A DNA stretch of 64,000 nucleotides, from NCBI RefSeq assembly GCF_009914755.1, contig NC_060926.1. One strand, 5' to 3'. Each line of letters begins with the position of its first letter. The first letter of the stretch is position 1. Below the pieces are notes generated by a model, which was not told the origin of the DNA, ran no database searches, and worked only from the letters and a program-made list of their open reading frames with translations. The stretch comes from the human T2T-CHM13v2.0 reference genome, Homo sapiens. Below, piece after piece: positions 1 through 14,580 of the stretch. A program made the translations under genes and the position numbers.

Positions 1-170
1 TAAGCATGGACCTATGAAACCATCACCATAACCATGTTGCTGAACATATTTGTCGCCTCCAAAAATTTCCTTATGTTCTCCTGAGTGTGTTTCTTGTTTT
101 TTTGACTTGGCAGGGGTTGCTGTTGCTGTCTATTTATGGTAAGAACACGAACATGAATTAATGTGAATTG
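1..170 (-). mobile_element. Old L1 (L1MA/MB-like) 3' end fragment
   Basis: 'ctatgaaaccatcaccata...aacatatttgtcgcctccaaaaatttccttatg...gtaagaacac' resembles the reverse-complement L1M 3'UTR; boundaries approximate. Confidence 0.55.
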
Positions 171-924
171 AGATTTGTTATTAAATGTAAACTAAGGAAC
201 CTTTAAAAGTCTAAGACCAGAAGGGAGACTGAACACCCAGCGGATCAAGTGCATGGCCTTCCTGAACAGGAGAGCAAATAACCCAGCAGTGGCAATGCAA
301 GATAGCAACTCCCAGGGAAGGGGTTACATTTTATCCACAGCAGCACTAGAAACAGTTCCTGGGCACATCTTGCTTTTTAAGGCTGCTCTTCAGAGGAACA
401 GCCAGCGTCTGTCACCCAGCAAATTCCTGGGAGTCTGGAAATGAAGTGACCATAATCTGCCTAAATCAGGAAAGTGTGTGGCTCACTGTGGGGGGAGGAC
501 AGGGAAATGTGACTTGGAGGGAGAACCAGGACAGGCTAAGAATTCCTGCTGCCTCTCAGAAATGCATTCTTTAGAGAGTCTGGTGAACTCTAGGGAGATT
601 GTAAGTACAAGCACTTGCCTTCCAGGCTTTCACAAATACGTTAAGTTCTGTAACAAGAGAACATTTAAGGAATTCATTGGTGATACCCTGTATGTGCTAC
701 TGTACATTTATCAGCCAATAAATGAAAGATTAATTCTCCATCCTACTTCACAGGGTCAGATGAGCTGTTGAGTCCCTGGGCGACTCAAAATTCTGGTAGG
801 ATCTGGCATGAGCTTAGAGGATGACTGTCAGGGAAACAGGCCTCTGAACCTCTCAGATGTCCAGGAAGTCAGGACTTTCTCAGCAAGGGCAGGGTGCTGG
901 GAAAAGAAAGTACTCTATTTTTGT

Positions 925-1299
925 TGTTGTATCAAAATACCTTAGACTGTTATATCAAAATACCTAAGGCTGCTCTTGAGAGAAGCAAGAGAAATAAACT
1001 GTGAGAAATGTATTGCTCACAGTTCTGGAGACTGGGAAGTCCAACATCAAAGCACCAGCAGATTCAGTGTCTTGTGAGAGTCCATTCCTCCTAGATGGCA
1101 CCTTCTATGCATGCTCACATGGTGGAAGGGGCTGGGGAGCTGCTTCAGACTTCTTTTATAAGGGCACTAATCTCATTCACAAGGGCTCCACCCTCATGAC
1201 CTGGTCACTTCCAAAAGATCCTGCCCCTTAATACCAACACATTGCGTATTCAGTTTCAACATATACACTTTGGGGAACACAAACATTTAGACCATAGCA
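925..1299 (-). mobile_element. MaLR LTR (MLT1A-like)
   Basis: 'ttgctcacagttctggagactgggaagtccaacatcaaagcaccagcagattcagtgtct...aaacatttagaccatagca' is typical of MLT1. Confidence 0.8.
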
Positions 1300-1398
1300 G
1301 AGAGGGAGGGCCCAATTTTTTCCAGCAGCAGAAAAGACTGCTGAAAAAATAGCAGAGGGGCAAGCACACAGAGAATAGTTCCTTACGGCTACTGATCA

Positions 1399-2420
1399 AG
1401 ATAACCTTCATGTTCTCAGCTTGACTACACCCCAGAGGGGCTTCTCCCTACTTCTAGGAACTGTCCTCCCTCTCACCCTGCACTTACATAATCCAGTTGC
1501 CCTAGCTCCAGCGGTCTCTCCCTGACTTTTCTTAGAGCATTTACTTTAGGCACTTGCCATTGTAAATTCGTTTTCTGCCCCTTTGAGATGTACATTTTTA
1601 GAAGCCTTTTGCCAGTTTTGCAACCCAGGACTGTCTTTCTTAAGCACCTTGGAGTCATCCTTTTTCAATGTAATCATCAAGATTGATGACGCCCTTCTCT
1701 CCCAGTCTCTGTGAGAAGGTGATATAGTTTGTATATTTGTCCCTGCCCATATCTCACACTTAATTGCAATCCCCAATTTTGGGAGAGGGAGGTGACTGGA
1801 CCACGGGGTGGATTTCTCATGAATGGCTCAGCATCATACCCTCGGTGGCATCCTCACTACAGTGAATGAGTTCTCATGAGATCTGGCTGTTTCGAAGTGT
1901 GTGGTACCTCCCTTCCTCTCTTTCTCCAGTCTTCTCCATGTGAGATGCTTGCTCACCCTTTGCCTTCTGCCATGATTAGAAGCTTCCCGAAGCCTCCCCA
2001 GAAGCCAAGCAGATGCCAGCGCCATGCTTCCTGTACAGCTTGCATAACTAAGTATAAACCAATTAAACCTCTTTTCTTTATGAATTACTCGGTCTCAGGT
2101 GTTTCTTTAAGGCCATGCTAGAATGACCTAATACATAAGGTGGGAGCCTAGCTTTAGCGAGAGCCCCACTGCAAGTTGTAAGACTACTGCTTGTCACAAA
2201 GATAGGAGAAAATTAGCCTCTTTAAGATAAAACCAATTAACAAACACAGATGATCTAAGACCCCACCCCTGCTCTAGCTGCTAAAATCTCTCCTGTCCTT
2301 TATTTCAGGGGAACTTAGCATCTAGACTTGGTTTGTGCTTTCTCCCCTATTTCCAGCAATAGTAAGGGAATAACATCAAGTTTTGTTTGCTCATCCTGTC
2401 CAGTGAGGTTTTCCTTTAAC
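1399..2420 (+). mobile_element. ERV1 solo LTR (MER67-like), interrupted by an MST LTR
   Basis: 'cttagagcatttactttag...tgtaaattc...ctgcccctttgagatgta...caacccaggactgtctttct'; clearly homologous to 39800-40745. Confidence 0.65.
1720..2135 (+). mobile_element. MaLR MST solo LTR (MSTB-like)
   Basis: Starts TGATATAGTTTG, ends CTAATACA; 5-bp TSD gaagg/taagg. Confidence 0.85.
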
Positions 2421-4048
2421 AATAAACACATGAGCCATAAGCCCTCTTATGTGACTTATGTGGAGAGAAGAAAGGGAATCCCTAAAAAACAAAGGATAGT
2501 AGCATTCTCTTTAACCTTTGCAATTAGTGATTTCTGTTTACTTAGAAGAATAAAGGAAGGTGGCCATTCTTGCAATTATCATGGAGCCAACTGTAATCTC
2601 TACATATATGTTGTGTCTTTACCTATACATATAGTGAAGACATCAAAAAGCAAAAACTAAGAAAGAATTCAACAAAGCAGATGGACAAAGGTAAGGTTTT
2701 TTTAAAAAAATGTTGCTTTATGTTTTTAAAATTCATTTCCAGTGGTTAATATTCTTTTGAACTTCGGCAAAAGTTGGTATTATAAATATGAATAGATTAG
2801 CACAGAGCTTACTACAAATGAAAGCAGACTGAACATGCAATTGAGGTCTTCCATAATACTGTATCAGTATCTACTTTTTCTGTAGTATGTACATTTATGG
2901 GAAATGCATTCTAAAAGCTGACATATTGGAGTCTGCAGGATGAGGTGTTTAATAGCCGTACTGAAGAAGCATCATGCTGAGTCACTGTGAGGAATTCCAT
3001 TTTCAGAAACTGAGTCCAAAAGGAGCATAAATGTTCCCTATATTGTTGACAGGCAGAAGAAAGCTCTGAGAAACAACTGCAGAGATAAAAAAAAAAAAGA
3101 CAGAGTCAAAGACAGAACATAAGCAAAGGAGAGAACACTCAGATTAGAAAAAGCACCTTTTGGTGTAATAAAGGAATGAGAACATGAAATTAGAAAAACA
3201 TAGAAAAGAAACAAATGTTTATTAACCTTGAGGAATAAAGATTTGAACTGAAATTTAAACTATTGCCTTAACAAGATCTGTGACAGGTGATGATGACACC
3301 TGGATACAAATGCATCAAAGATTCTAAAGCAGACTCATGCCAAGAACTGTGTGTGAAGTCCAAAAGAGAACCAGTAGGACCAGAGATAAGAGGAATCCAG
3401 AAAAGAAGAACAGAGAACTGGTTCTTTTTGCCTCAGTAGATATTGCCAGGAAGGCACTGGGAAGGAACTAATAAGTTAAGATGAGTATCCTATGTACATA
3501 TTCATAAGGTTGCATGTAAAAATATCCTATGGCTGCTCTACAATAAAATTAACCTTCAATCTCTTTTTCTGTAGTTAATTTCAGCTTATTATTTAGTTGT
3601 TCTCGTAAAGACTCTATCAAAATAAAAAAGAAATAGAAATCTTCATACTCTACAGATAGGAATATTCATTTGTGTAGCCATTTTAAAAGTTAATATAATA
3701 GTATTTAGTGAATTAATTATGTCTATAGCCTGGATGTTTACCATAGAAACACTTTCACACAGATGCATTAAGACATATGTATCAGGAAGGTGATCATAGG
3801 CAAGCGAGATCAATACCTACTACGAATAAAGGATTGTTGACGGCTGATGTGATACCTCAGTTTTTGTCTTTTTAGTTAGAATTTCAACAAGAGATGCACA
3901 ACAAAGGAAATGTAGCTGTTTGTTTTTAGCGTAGTTTATTGCAAAATAAAAAGTATTTTATTACAAAAAAGAGTAATTTGTTGCAAAAGAAAAAGAATAT
4001 TTTAGAAGTTAAGTGCAGAATAAACAGTATACCCAGAGAGAGAGAGGA

Positions 4049-4462
4049 TTCAGGGCTGGCTGCTCTTAAGGATGAGACAGCACAGACTGGCACAAGGGAG
4101 ACTCCCTTTATGGGAGTCTTACATGGTTATTCATAAGGAGGTGGGAAGATGTTACTAGAAAGCTAGGTGCACGTGTGCAGTAGTTGTACGTGCTTGTTCA
4201 TATGTCGCATGTCTCATTAGCATCTTAAATCTCTACCCAGGGGTGTGTTCTTTACTATTAAAATGAGCAAAAGGTCAATCTGAGGACAAGTTAAATCAAA
4301 TTGCGCACGCTCTCTAAAGGGGAAAGTCCCTACTGAAGATAGCTTTGCTTGGATGTGCTCAATTACAATGCGAATGCTGTGGTTTATTGTGTTGACTGTA
4401 CAGTCACCACAGGTGCTGTGTCCCAAGAAGAGGGTCACTTCATTGATTACCTATCCTGCCTT
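4049..4462 (-). mobile_element. ERV1-class LTR fragment (LTR9/LTR19-like)
   Basis: 'catgtctcattagcatcttaaatctctacccaggggtgtg...ctattaaaatgagcaaaaggtca' resembles ERV1 LTRs with an octamer-like ATGCTAAT; family uncertain. Confidence 0.55.
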
Positions 4463-5260
4463 AAATTGGTAAAATATGATGTATGATGGAATAACGTATG
4501 GGGTGAGAAGACATTAATTTGAGCTTCACAAAACAATGTGGATAAATCTCTCAAACATGGTCAGTGTTTAAATGTATAAACACATACATAATAATAAAAT
4601 GTTATTTGCAGATCGACATATATGTAAAGGGTGTATTGGTAGGCTGCACCTTAAATAAATATATTAAGAAAGATTCGTGGGATAGGAAAGGAGAGGTGAA
4701 ATAAAAAATAAAATAAAATAAAATCAGAGATAATTATTTTGCAGACAAATACTAACATAAACTATAAAGCGGTTTACCTTAAATTGAGTAAGAATTTTGA
4801 AAACTATTCTGAAAAATCTTGAGCTGCTCTGAGGGCAGTTGACAGTTTCCCTTTGTGGATGAAAGAATTAATACCCCCCCCTCCATACACTCTCCTCAAA
4901 AATAATATATAACCATGTTGATAGAGTTTGGATATACATCCCTACCAAAATCTCATGTTGAAATGTAATCCCCAATGCTAGAGGAGGTGCCTCGTGGGCA
5001 GTGATTGAATCACAGGCAAATTTCCCTCTTGGTACTGTGTCCTGATGATAAGTAAGTTCTCATGAGATCTGCTTGTTTAAAAGTGTGTATCTCCTCCCCC
5101 ACTCTCTCGCTGTTGCTCCTGCTGCACCCATTAAGAAGAGCCTGCTTCCTCTTTGCCTTCCGCCATGACTATAAGTTTCCTCAGTCCTGCCCTGAAGCCA
5201 ACCAGGTGGCCTGCATCATGCTTTTTGTACAGTCTATGGAACCATGAGCCAATTCAATCT

Positions 5261-5366
5261 CTTTTCTTTTACTTTTTCTTTTCTTTTCTTTTCTTTTCTT
5301 TTCTTTTCTTTTCTTTTCTTTTCTTTCTTTTCTTTTCTTTCTTTTCTTTCTTCTTTCTTTTTCTTT

Positions 5367-5439
<73 letters not shown>

Positions 5440-5463
5440 TTTCTTTTTCTTTTTTTTTTTTTT
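5261..5463. repeat. Compound (TTTTC)n/(TTTC)n/poly-T microsatellite derived from the Alu tail
   Basis: Directly visible. Confidence 0.95.
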
Positions 5464-5728
5464 TCTGATGGAGTCTTGCTCTGTCGCCAGGCTGGAGTGT
5501 AATGGTGTGATCTACACCTCCTGGGTTCAAGCAATTCTCCTGCCTCAGCCTCCTGAGTAGCTGGGACTACAGGCGCATGCCACCACGCCTGGCTAATTTT
5601 TGTATTTTTAGTAGAGATGGGGTTTCACCATGTTGTTCAGGATGGTCTTGATCTCTTGACCTCATGATCCGCCTGCCTCAGCCTCCCAAAGTGCTGGGAT
5701 TGCAGGGGTGAGCCACGGCACCCTGCCT
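5261..5728 (-). mobile_element. AluS (Sc-like) with a short right-arm deletion and an expanded tail
   Basis: Reverse-complement Alu body 5464-5728; TSD tcaatctctt on both sides. Confidence 0.9.
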
Positions 5729-5793
5729 CAATCTCTTATAAATTACCCAGTCTCAGGTATTTCTTCATAGCAATGAGAGAACAGACTGATACA

Positions 5794-6262
5794 TTCTAGT
5801 TCCTCAACCCTGTCCATAAGTCATGTTACATGGCAAAGGGAAATTAAGCTTACAGGTGGAACTAAGGCTGAATAATCAGCTGAATTTTAGAGTAAAGAGA
5901 TTATCCTGGATTATCCCTTAGGTCCAATGTAATCACAAGTGTCTTTAAAAGATAGAAGAGAGGGGTAGAAAAGCCAGTGTCAGAGTGAAGCAATTTGAGA
6001 AAGGCTTGACTGGCCATTGCCAGCTTTGAGATGAAGGAGGGCCATAAACCAAGGAGTGCTGCGGACTCTAGGAGCAGAAAAAAAGGTGAGAAAATATATT
6101 CTACCTGAGAGCCTCCATTAGAATTACACAGTTCTGCCGACACTTTGAGTTTAGCACAGTAAGACTCACTTAAGACTTCTGACCTCCATAGTTATTCATT
6201 TGTGTTTTTTAAGCCACTAAGTTTATGATGATTTGATACAGCAGCAAAAGGAAACTAGTACA
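5794..6262 (+). mobile_element. MaLR MLT1D/E-like LTR
   Basis: 'gagattatcctggattatcc...ccaatgtaatcacaag...tttaagccactaagttt...gaaactagtaca'. Confidence 0.8.
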
Positions 6263-6276
6263 TCCGTTTTTGTAAA

Positions 6277-6300
6277 TGTGTGTGTGTGTGTGTGTGTGTG
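6277..6300. repeat. (TG)n microsatellite
   Basis: Directly visible. Confidence 0.95.
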
Positions 6301-6496
6301 CACACCTCAACAACACTTGCAAAATTGAAATCTTCAATGTAATTATTGGAGTTCATCTTAAAAGACGAATACACACATTTCCAAACTGACATGCTATAAT
6401 TTGCATTGTTCCCAATCCCCAGTAAACTGAAAAATACTCTTGGTACATTCAAAGTGATATGAAAATGTCCATCTGTAAAGACAACTCTATAAGTTA

Positions 6497-6711
<215 letters not shown>

Positions 6712-8489
6712 TAGTATTTTAAACAGACCATATGATATTCCATACCACATACCATAAACTAAATGTAAATTTCTATAAAAATGTGAAAAGTACCCAATGC
6801 ATAATTTCAAAACGAAACCATTTAAACTAACTGAATTTATTAAGGAGAAATTAATTATAGTAAGAAGAAAGGGGTGTGACATTTTGAAGACCTCTAAAAC
6901 GCCCTTTGTTGGCCTATCATAACATAGATTTTTACATTTGTTGATGAGAATGAGTGAATAGAAATGACTTTAAATGACAGTCTAGTTATTTCTAAGGAAG
7001 CAGATGAAAAATTTATGCTCCACTGGTACGCATCTGATTAAGATATAGCCCTTTGAAATGGTAATAGACTAAAAAGCCAAGCATGCTATGTTTTCATATC
7101 TTTTCATGCCGTACTTATTGAGAACACTTAGGACAGCCATTAAATATCTAAAACTAAACATCAGAACTATTCTGAGCAGCAGGATGCATCAGACTCTTCT
7201 TCATTACTGAAGAGAGCACAGTTGAAATAATTCTGGAATGGCAGCAGACAGCAATGTCAAACTTGAGCTCTGGTTAAAATCCTTTGCCTATCTTTAAATG
7301 AATCTTTTAGCATCTTTCTTTTTTATTGTCTTAAACATTAACAAAGAAGAAAGGAGATGATACTGCCCGAGCCCAGGGACCAGGACTACCTGCTGGAAAT
7401 CTACTGGATGGAATCCAGAGCTGTAAGGAAATTCCATAGAAAACAGAAAAAGGAAGAAAATTCAGGTTTCTCTTCTTTGACCCTCATATCTTCTTAAAAT
7501 GCATCTCATTGGCTGGATATACCTAGAAATCAGAGGACAAAGAAGCCTGGGAAATACATGTCTTTAAGACACAGATGAGAGCAGGGGAATGGTAGAGAAT
7601 GAATTTGAGAGGAAACAGAAAGGTGATTGATTGACATACCAAGCTGTGTCACAAAATACGTGAGAAGGGATCCTGCTACTTCTCCCTCCATGTAGGTATG
7701 GCAGTATGTGACATAGGTAAAGCAACGTTTACACCTCATTTTATTTCTACTGACTATGAACACATCCACAAAGACTCACTGGTGTAGATGGGGTAGTAAT
7801 TGCACAATTAATCATTTGGATTTGCTTGTGTAGATACAATATTTTACCTAAACAGTACGACTAGATTTGAGTCATATCTTTTAGTCACTTTTCACACACA
7901 GTGATGAAAACCCCCACTGTATGCTAACTCATCTTGTGCATTGGGCGAAGAACACTGCTGTTTATTATATTTTTGCCTTGTTTTCATAAATTATTAATAA
8001 TTCATAGACATATATTTTCAGTCAATTTTAAAGGGCAAATCTGTAAGTCACAGAGGGTGGGATGGAGGGAGCTTATTGCTTATAATCCAATCACACCTTT
8101 CACACAGTGATACAAAGAATTCAATTTTGTGTAATTCCGAATTATTTCTAAAACCAAGACTCTAAAATAACAAAATACCGGAGGCACTACTTAAATTGGT
8201 GAAATTATTGTTTATACATAAATTGTTTCAGTGTTCATTACGAAGCTAACAAGGATGGATTTTAGAAATAGGATAAATAAGATAATTTTAGGAACAAAAA
8301 ATAAGACAGAGAACATCTTTATTTTTTTAGTTGGAAGGTTCAAATGGAAAGTGATAAATAATGTTGAGTGTCTCTGCCCAGGGCACTTGTTAACTTTCTT
8401 CCTGATAATTGGCATCTCACTCTCTTATTGCCAGTGTGAACCATTGTGGTCTCTGTGAACATCTCATACTTTTGGTCGTGTCTATAGTA

Positions 8490-9330
8490 GTGAGAGTATT
8501 GGTTCTGCAAATAAATGCTTAATCTCTAAAAATTGTGACTATGTTATGTTACATAACGAAGGAGATTTTGAAGGTGTAATTAATGTTACAGACCTTAAAA
8601 TAAGGAGATCAGTCCGGGCGTGGTGGCTCACACCTGTAATCCCAGCACTTTGGGAGGCCAAGGCGGGTGGATCACTTGAGTTCAGGAGTTTGAGACCAGC
8701 CTGGTCAACATCGTGAAACCCCGTCTCTATTAAAAATACAAAAATTAGCCGGGTGTGGTGGCAGGTGCCTGTAATCCTAGCTGCTCAGGAGGCTGAGTTA
8801 GGAGAATCGCTGGAGCCCGGGAGGTGGAGGTTGCAGTGAGCCAAGATCGTGCCATTGCGCTCCAGTCCCAGTGACAAGAGCGAAACTCCATCTCAAAACG
8901 CAACACAACAAAAAAAAAACAAAAAACAAAAATAAGGAGATCATTCTGGATTATACAGATGGAACCACTAAATCCCATGTGCCCTTAAAAGCAGAGAACT
9001 TCCTCTGGCTGGGGTCAGAGAGATACAGGGAAAAATTAGAGGTTGGATGCATCAGAAGGATTGGATGTGATATGATGTTATGGCTCTTAGATGTAGGGAT
9101 CCACGTATAAAGGTTAGGTAGAGGCCTGGAGCTCATGGCACACTTGAGAAGGAAAGTGACAGCCTATAGGAGCAAAACTGTACTCTGGTTGACAACTATC
9201 GAGAAAACAAAAACCTTAGCCCTACAACTACAAGAATAGAATTTGATCAACAATTTGAATGAGCTTCGAAGTACATTCCCCAGAGCTTCCAATAAGGAAC
9301 ACATTCCACATTCCAGCTGCATCTCTGCCA
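8490..9330 (+). mobile_element. MaLR MLT1E-like LTR interrupted by an Alu
   Basis: 'gtgactatgttatgttacat...gaccttaaaataaggagatcattctggattat...cctacaactacaagaa'. Confidence 0.7.
8612..8928 (+). mobile_element. AluS (Sq-like)
   Basis: Full dimer; 15-bp TSD aaaataaggagatca (8597-8611 / 8929-8943). Confidence 0.95.
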
Positions 9331-10400
9331 TGTCTGTGTTTTGTTCTTTTTCCCAAGCACTCCAGGCCCTATCATCTTCTCACATCATTACACACAAAGC
9401 ACTTGCTAAAATGCCCCACTTCCCACCCTGAGGAAGGCCCTCTCATCTTTAAGACGTCCTCATGGATTTTACTTCCACTCTCTTTGTTTTAAGGTTCTCT
9501 CATATTGCTTTAATCGTATTCCTGTTTAGTTGTCCAATCAATACTAGCACCTATGTTGTATCCAATGGTCAACTAAGTGTATATTAGTGAATAGCACAGA
9601 TACTGTGCAGATTTTCTATGAAGAAGTTGGAGGATAAAGAATAAGGAGATGAAGAAATAGAGCGACTCCAATAGGCTTATGGCATTTTCTAGTCAAATAT
9701 AATATATTTCTTTACATGCATATCTCTCCAACAAGCCATTGAGCTCATGGAAAGAAAATGATATGTTATGTGTCATTTGATGAAGGAAATTATCCTCAAC
9801 ATATCCTCAACATCCTCACATATCCTGTGTTGGCTGTGGCTGACAGGAATTATGGATGGCTTCATGGACCACACCAATTCAGACAAGAGTTAGAGAACTA
9901 AGGAGTCAGAAGCCCAGGAAAAAAAAAAATCCACCTTTCCTGAGAAACAAGTTATACAGCTGAGTGCATAGCCAAGTGTATTAACTGACAAGCTATCCAT
10001 TTTAACAAGGAAGTCATATCTCAAAGGGATGCTTGCTGACATTAGGATAGAGCACCAATGGGAGAAACAGAAAGGATTAAAGGAAAATTAAAAGTCCAAA
10101 AAGGGAAAATGAATATACATTTATTTCATTTAGTACTCTTGGAGAAAACTCACAGTTGTGTATATTTAGGTTTGCCCCCAAATATGCTTGCAACAGTGGC
10201 AAACAATAATGGGCTTAGATCAATACATTTAGCAGGATTCGCTTGTAGTAAGCCTGTTGCTTGATGATGTTTTGCCTGTAAACCTGTTTGTATGAACACT
10301 TTGTGTTTGGCAGAAACTATTTAATGTAAGTTTTTTGTTACAGTTTCCTTTTACTTTTCCTCTATCATTCCCCTCTAGTTGTGTGTAAAAAGATTAAATG

Positions 10401-10758
<358 letters not shown>

Positions 10759-11214
10759 TTATATTTTCTGCATTTTCAATGCCACTATAAGTGTTCAAAA
10801 ATGAGGAGATATAAAATCTCTTGAAAAATTTATTTGAAATGGTTAAATTCTCCCTAGAGTTCAAATATACTCTCTCCACTTCTTCAGTGATTCATTTCTT
10901 AACTTAGTTTAATGTTTAATATTAGCTTTTTAAAGCCTTTCCCTAACATTGCCAATTATTTCTATGTTTTAGCTCCAGTTGGAATTTGTCAGTCCTCATT
11001 TTCGTTTTCCTCTTCATACTGTTCAACAGTTCCTTCCATTGGCTTCTAGGATATTAATCTCTCCCCATTTCATTCCAACCCCTTTAACTGTTAGTTTTCT
11101 TGTTGAAGCTTCCTCTCATATCTTATTTTCAAATGTATGTTTCTTCTTGGGCTCAGTTCTAGCTGCATCTCTCAATTCCTCCCACATTCTATCTTGAGAA
11201 TTGAGACCCTCTTT

Positions 11215-11660
11215 GGTGATAGTATTTAAATAAAACAGTAGATTACCTGTATCAAGAAGACTTCGTTGTTTGCCCAGAAAAAAAGAGATGCTTTATAAAA
11301 TGTCCACAAGTCAATTTATTGGAGACTGTACTGTTCACCTGTACAAACAACTTGCTTATCAACCACAGTATACTTATTGAGAATCACTTCAAAGTCCTTA
11401 CTTCTCTGTGCCCAGCAATCTTAAACTATTATATCACAAAGTTGACTCATTTCTGATCAGTTCCTCTGCTTTAAAAGATCTGCCTTAAGCCACTGGAGCT
11501 CAGCCAAGAAACTGCTATAAAAAATATTGCAGCAATTCTGGCTTCCCTTTCTGAGACTCTGTCAAGCATCCATCAAGGTGGTGTTGTCTCTTCCCGCAAT
11601 AAATTGTAGCTTTGCTTCATTAACAGGCTACCTGTTATCTTTTAAGCAATTCACCACTCA
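11215..11660 (+). mobile_element. Degenerate ERV1-type LTR (MER67D-like)
   Basis: 'aacaacttgcttatcaacca...aataaa...agctttgcttcattaacagg'; similar to 19215-19700. Confidence 0.4.
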
Positions 11661-11890
11661 CTAGATGAATCTCCAGGCTCATGATTTAGGTTGCTGTCAA
11701 TTTGTTGGTTTTCATGTATTATGTATGTTTGTGTCTCTATGTCCAAGATATATCTCTAGTCTGCCCTCTTCTTTCCATTTCCACCAAGACCACCTTCAAA
11801 CAAACCACCATCACCTCTCACCTAAATCACTACACAATCTATTGTCTGTAATAAATCCATTCAGTCTTTTAAACTTTGAAAAAAATCGTA

Positions 11891-12172
11891 TTTTTATTTT
11901 TACTTGAGACAGGGTCTTGCTTTGTCACTCAGCCTGGCATGCAGTGGCACAATCATGGCTCACTGCAGACTCGACTTTCTGGGGTCCAGGCAATCCTCCC
12001 ACCTCAGCCTCTTGAAGAGCTGGGACTACAGGCGCATGCCACCACACTCGGCTATTTTTTTTTGTTTCTTTTAGTTACTTATAGAGACAGAGTCTCCCTA
12101 TGTTGCCCAGGCTCATCTCAAATATCTGAGCTTAAGCGATCCTCCTGCCTCGGCCTCCCAAAGTGCTAGGAT
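11891..12172 (-). mobile_element. AluJ, 5' end missing
   Basis: 'gagacagggtcttgctttgtcactcagcctggcatgcagtggcacaatcatggctcactgcag'. Confidence 0.88.
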
Positions 12173-13214
12173 GAAGATCTTAATCTTGATTGATGATTAA
12201 GTTAATAATGATTTCTAAGAGTAAGAAATATTTATCTCTAGTTCAGCAACTTGGTTTCTAGTGCAGTATTCTATTGCAGACATAAATCTTCCAAACTCTA
12301 AAATACTTACTTTTGTATTCAGTTCATATTTTTAGGTAGCCTTTGTTTTTGGCATTCCACAAATTGTCTCTATCATATTTTAAAATTGATTCTCCTTTGC
12401 TCCTGGAGAACCCTTTCTCAAAACCATTTCTCCTCCCCTTTCAGCCTGGATTGCTCCTCTCTGTAGTCTGTGCACTTAACTTTCACCATCTCACCATCCT
12501 GAGAGTCTTCCTCACTGATCCCCAGGGCTGAATGCATGATTTGTCTGATCTCATTTCTTCTTTTTACCCGGTATATCGTATTTTTCAGCAAGCACCTTCC
12601 TTGTAAAATGGAAAAACATTTTTCTATGCCCTTGTGGATCAGACAATGTGTCATTATAGATGCTTATTTTAGCTGGATATTAACTTTTGATTAGAAATTA
12701 TTTTAAGAATTTTAAAAGGAACAGCTCAATAGTTTTCTAGCATCCAATGTTGAAGGCAAAAAGTGTGAAGACAGTCGTTTTTCTCATTTATGTGTAAATG
12801 ACATGTGTTCCTACCCTAAATCCCAGAAACTTTTAGTATCATTGACTTTACCCTTTGGTATGATAGCAAGTTAAAATTGTATATCTAGTTAATATCCCAT
12901 TGTAAGTATTATGATTCCAAAATATTTTTTAAACATCAAGAACAAGATAACTCTACAGAAGATTTATTTTCTTGAATAGATAAGCTACTAAATAATGAAT
13001 CAAACAAGAAACACTGTATCTCCTTCCTCTGGCAGATGAAAGTGCATTGAAGATGAAGAGCTGTCAGTTTAAGCACTGGATACCAACATGGTTTGAGCCA
13101 GTACTGGCCTTAACCCCGCTAATGCTGATGCATTTCATCGTGTTCCTGGCATTTGGAAGAGTGAGGAATGACTTTGGACTGAGATAGATAACGATGACTA
13201 AAGATCTAAGCTCA

Positions 13215-13515
13215 AACTATCCAAAAAGTATAACCTGAGCCACATAGGTAATTTTAAATGTTCTAGTGGAGACATTAAATAAGGTAAAAATAGACAGGTA
13301 AAATTAATTTTAATTTTTATTTAAACAAATATATCCAAAATATTATTACTTCAACATTTATGAAAACAAAATTATAGGTGAGATGTTAACATTGTTTTGG
13401 TTTTTATACTAAGTATGCAAAATTCAGAGTGTATTTTATACCTACAGCTCATCTTGATTTGCCCTAGACACATTTCAAGTGCTTGATAGACACATGTGTT
13501 GGTCAGTGCAGATCT
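13215..13515. mobile_element. hAT-Charlie MITE (MER33-like)
   Basis: 'gagccacata..taattttaaatgttctagt...acatttcaagtgcttgatagacacatgtg'. Confidence 0.7.
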
Positions 13516-14033
13516 AAATAAGGAAATCAATTGTAAATTTCTTGACTATAATCTCTCTGCATTATTTATGGAATATATAGATAGGAAGATATTGTTTCCT
13601 CTGAAGTTTTACTTTGTAGTAAAAATAATAAGGAAGAAGAGAAAAGGGAGGAGGAGGGGGAGAAGCTTTGCTGTCATTCTCTGCACATCCTGGCTTATGT
13701 CTGATTCCCATCCTTAGTGTTTTTTCTTACAAATTTTCCCACTGGGAGCCTTTGTCTAATGCCATTGGCTAGAACACAGAACCTGGTCGATAACCAATTA
13801 ACAATTTTATTGAATTCACTTATTTATGTATGACTTAATTTATCTATTGCTAAGAAGCTGGAGATGCAGTCCATGAGTGTTTGACTGTATTTTGGCTTTG
13901 GGTAAGAGAATATCAGGTTAGGAATGGCTCTAGTGTGCTCTTTCATCAAGTTCAGTTTTTATTTAAAAGGCACCTAAAGTGAACCTAGATACTAAAGCTT
14001 ATTTTAAAAAGTAAATATCTTGGAACCTCCATA

Positions 14034-14580
<547 letters not shown>

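Larger units (their letters stand above)
4919..5793 (+). mobile_element. MaLR MST solo LTR interrupted by an Alu
   Basis: TGATAGAGTTTGG start and 'ttacccagtctcaggtatttc...actgataca' end. Confidence 0.85.

Noticed and set aside
925-970. 23-bp-period duplication at the MLT1 edge (similar small one at ~16125-16160)
   Set aside because: Ordinary slippage duplications with no further structure
5153-5560. Overlapping F/S/L-rich and K/E/R-rich ORFs
   Set aside because: Translations of the TTTC microsatellite and Alu; not genes
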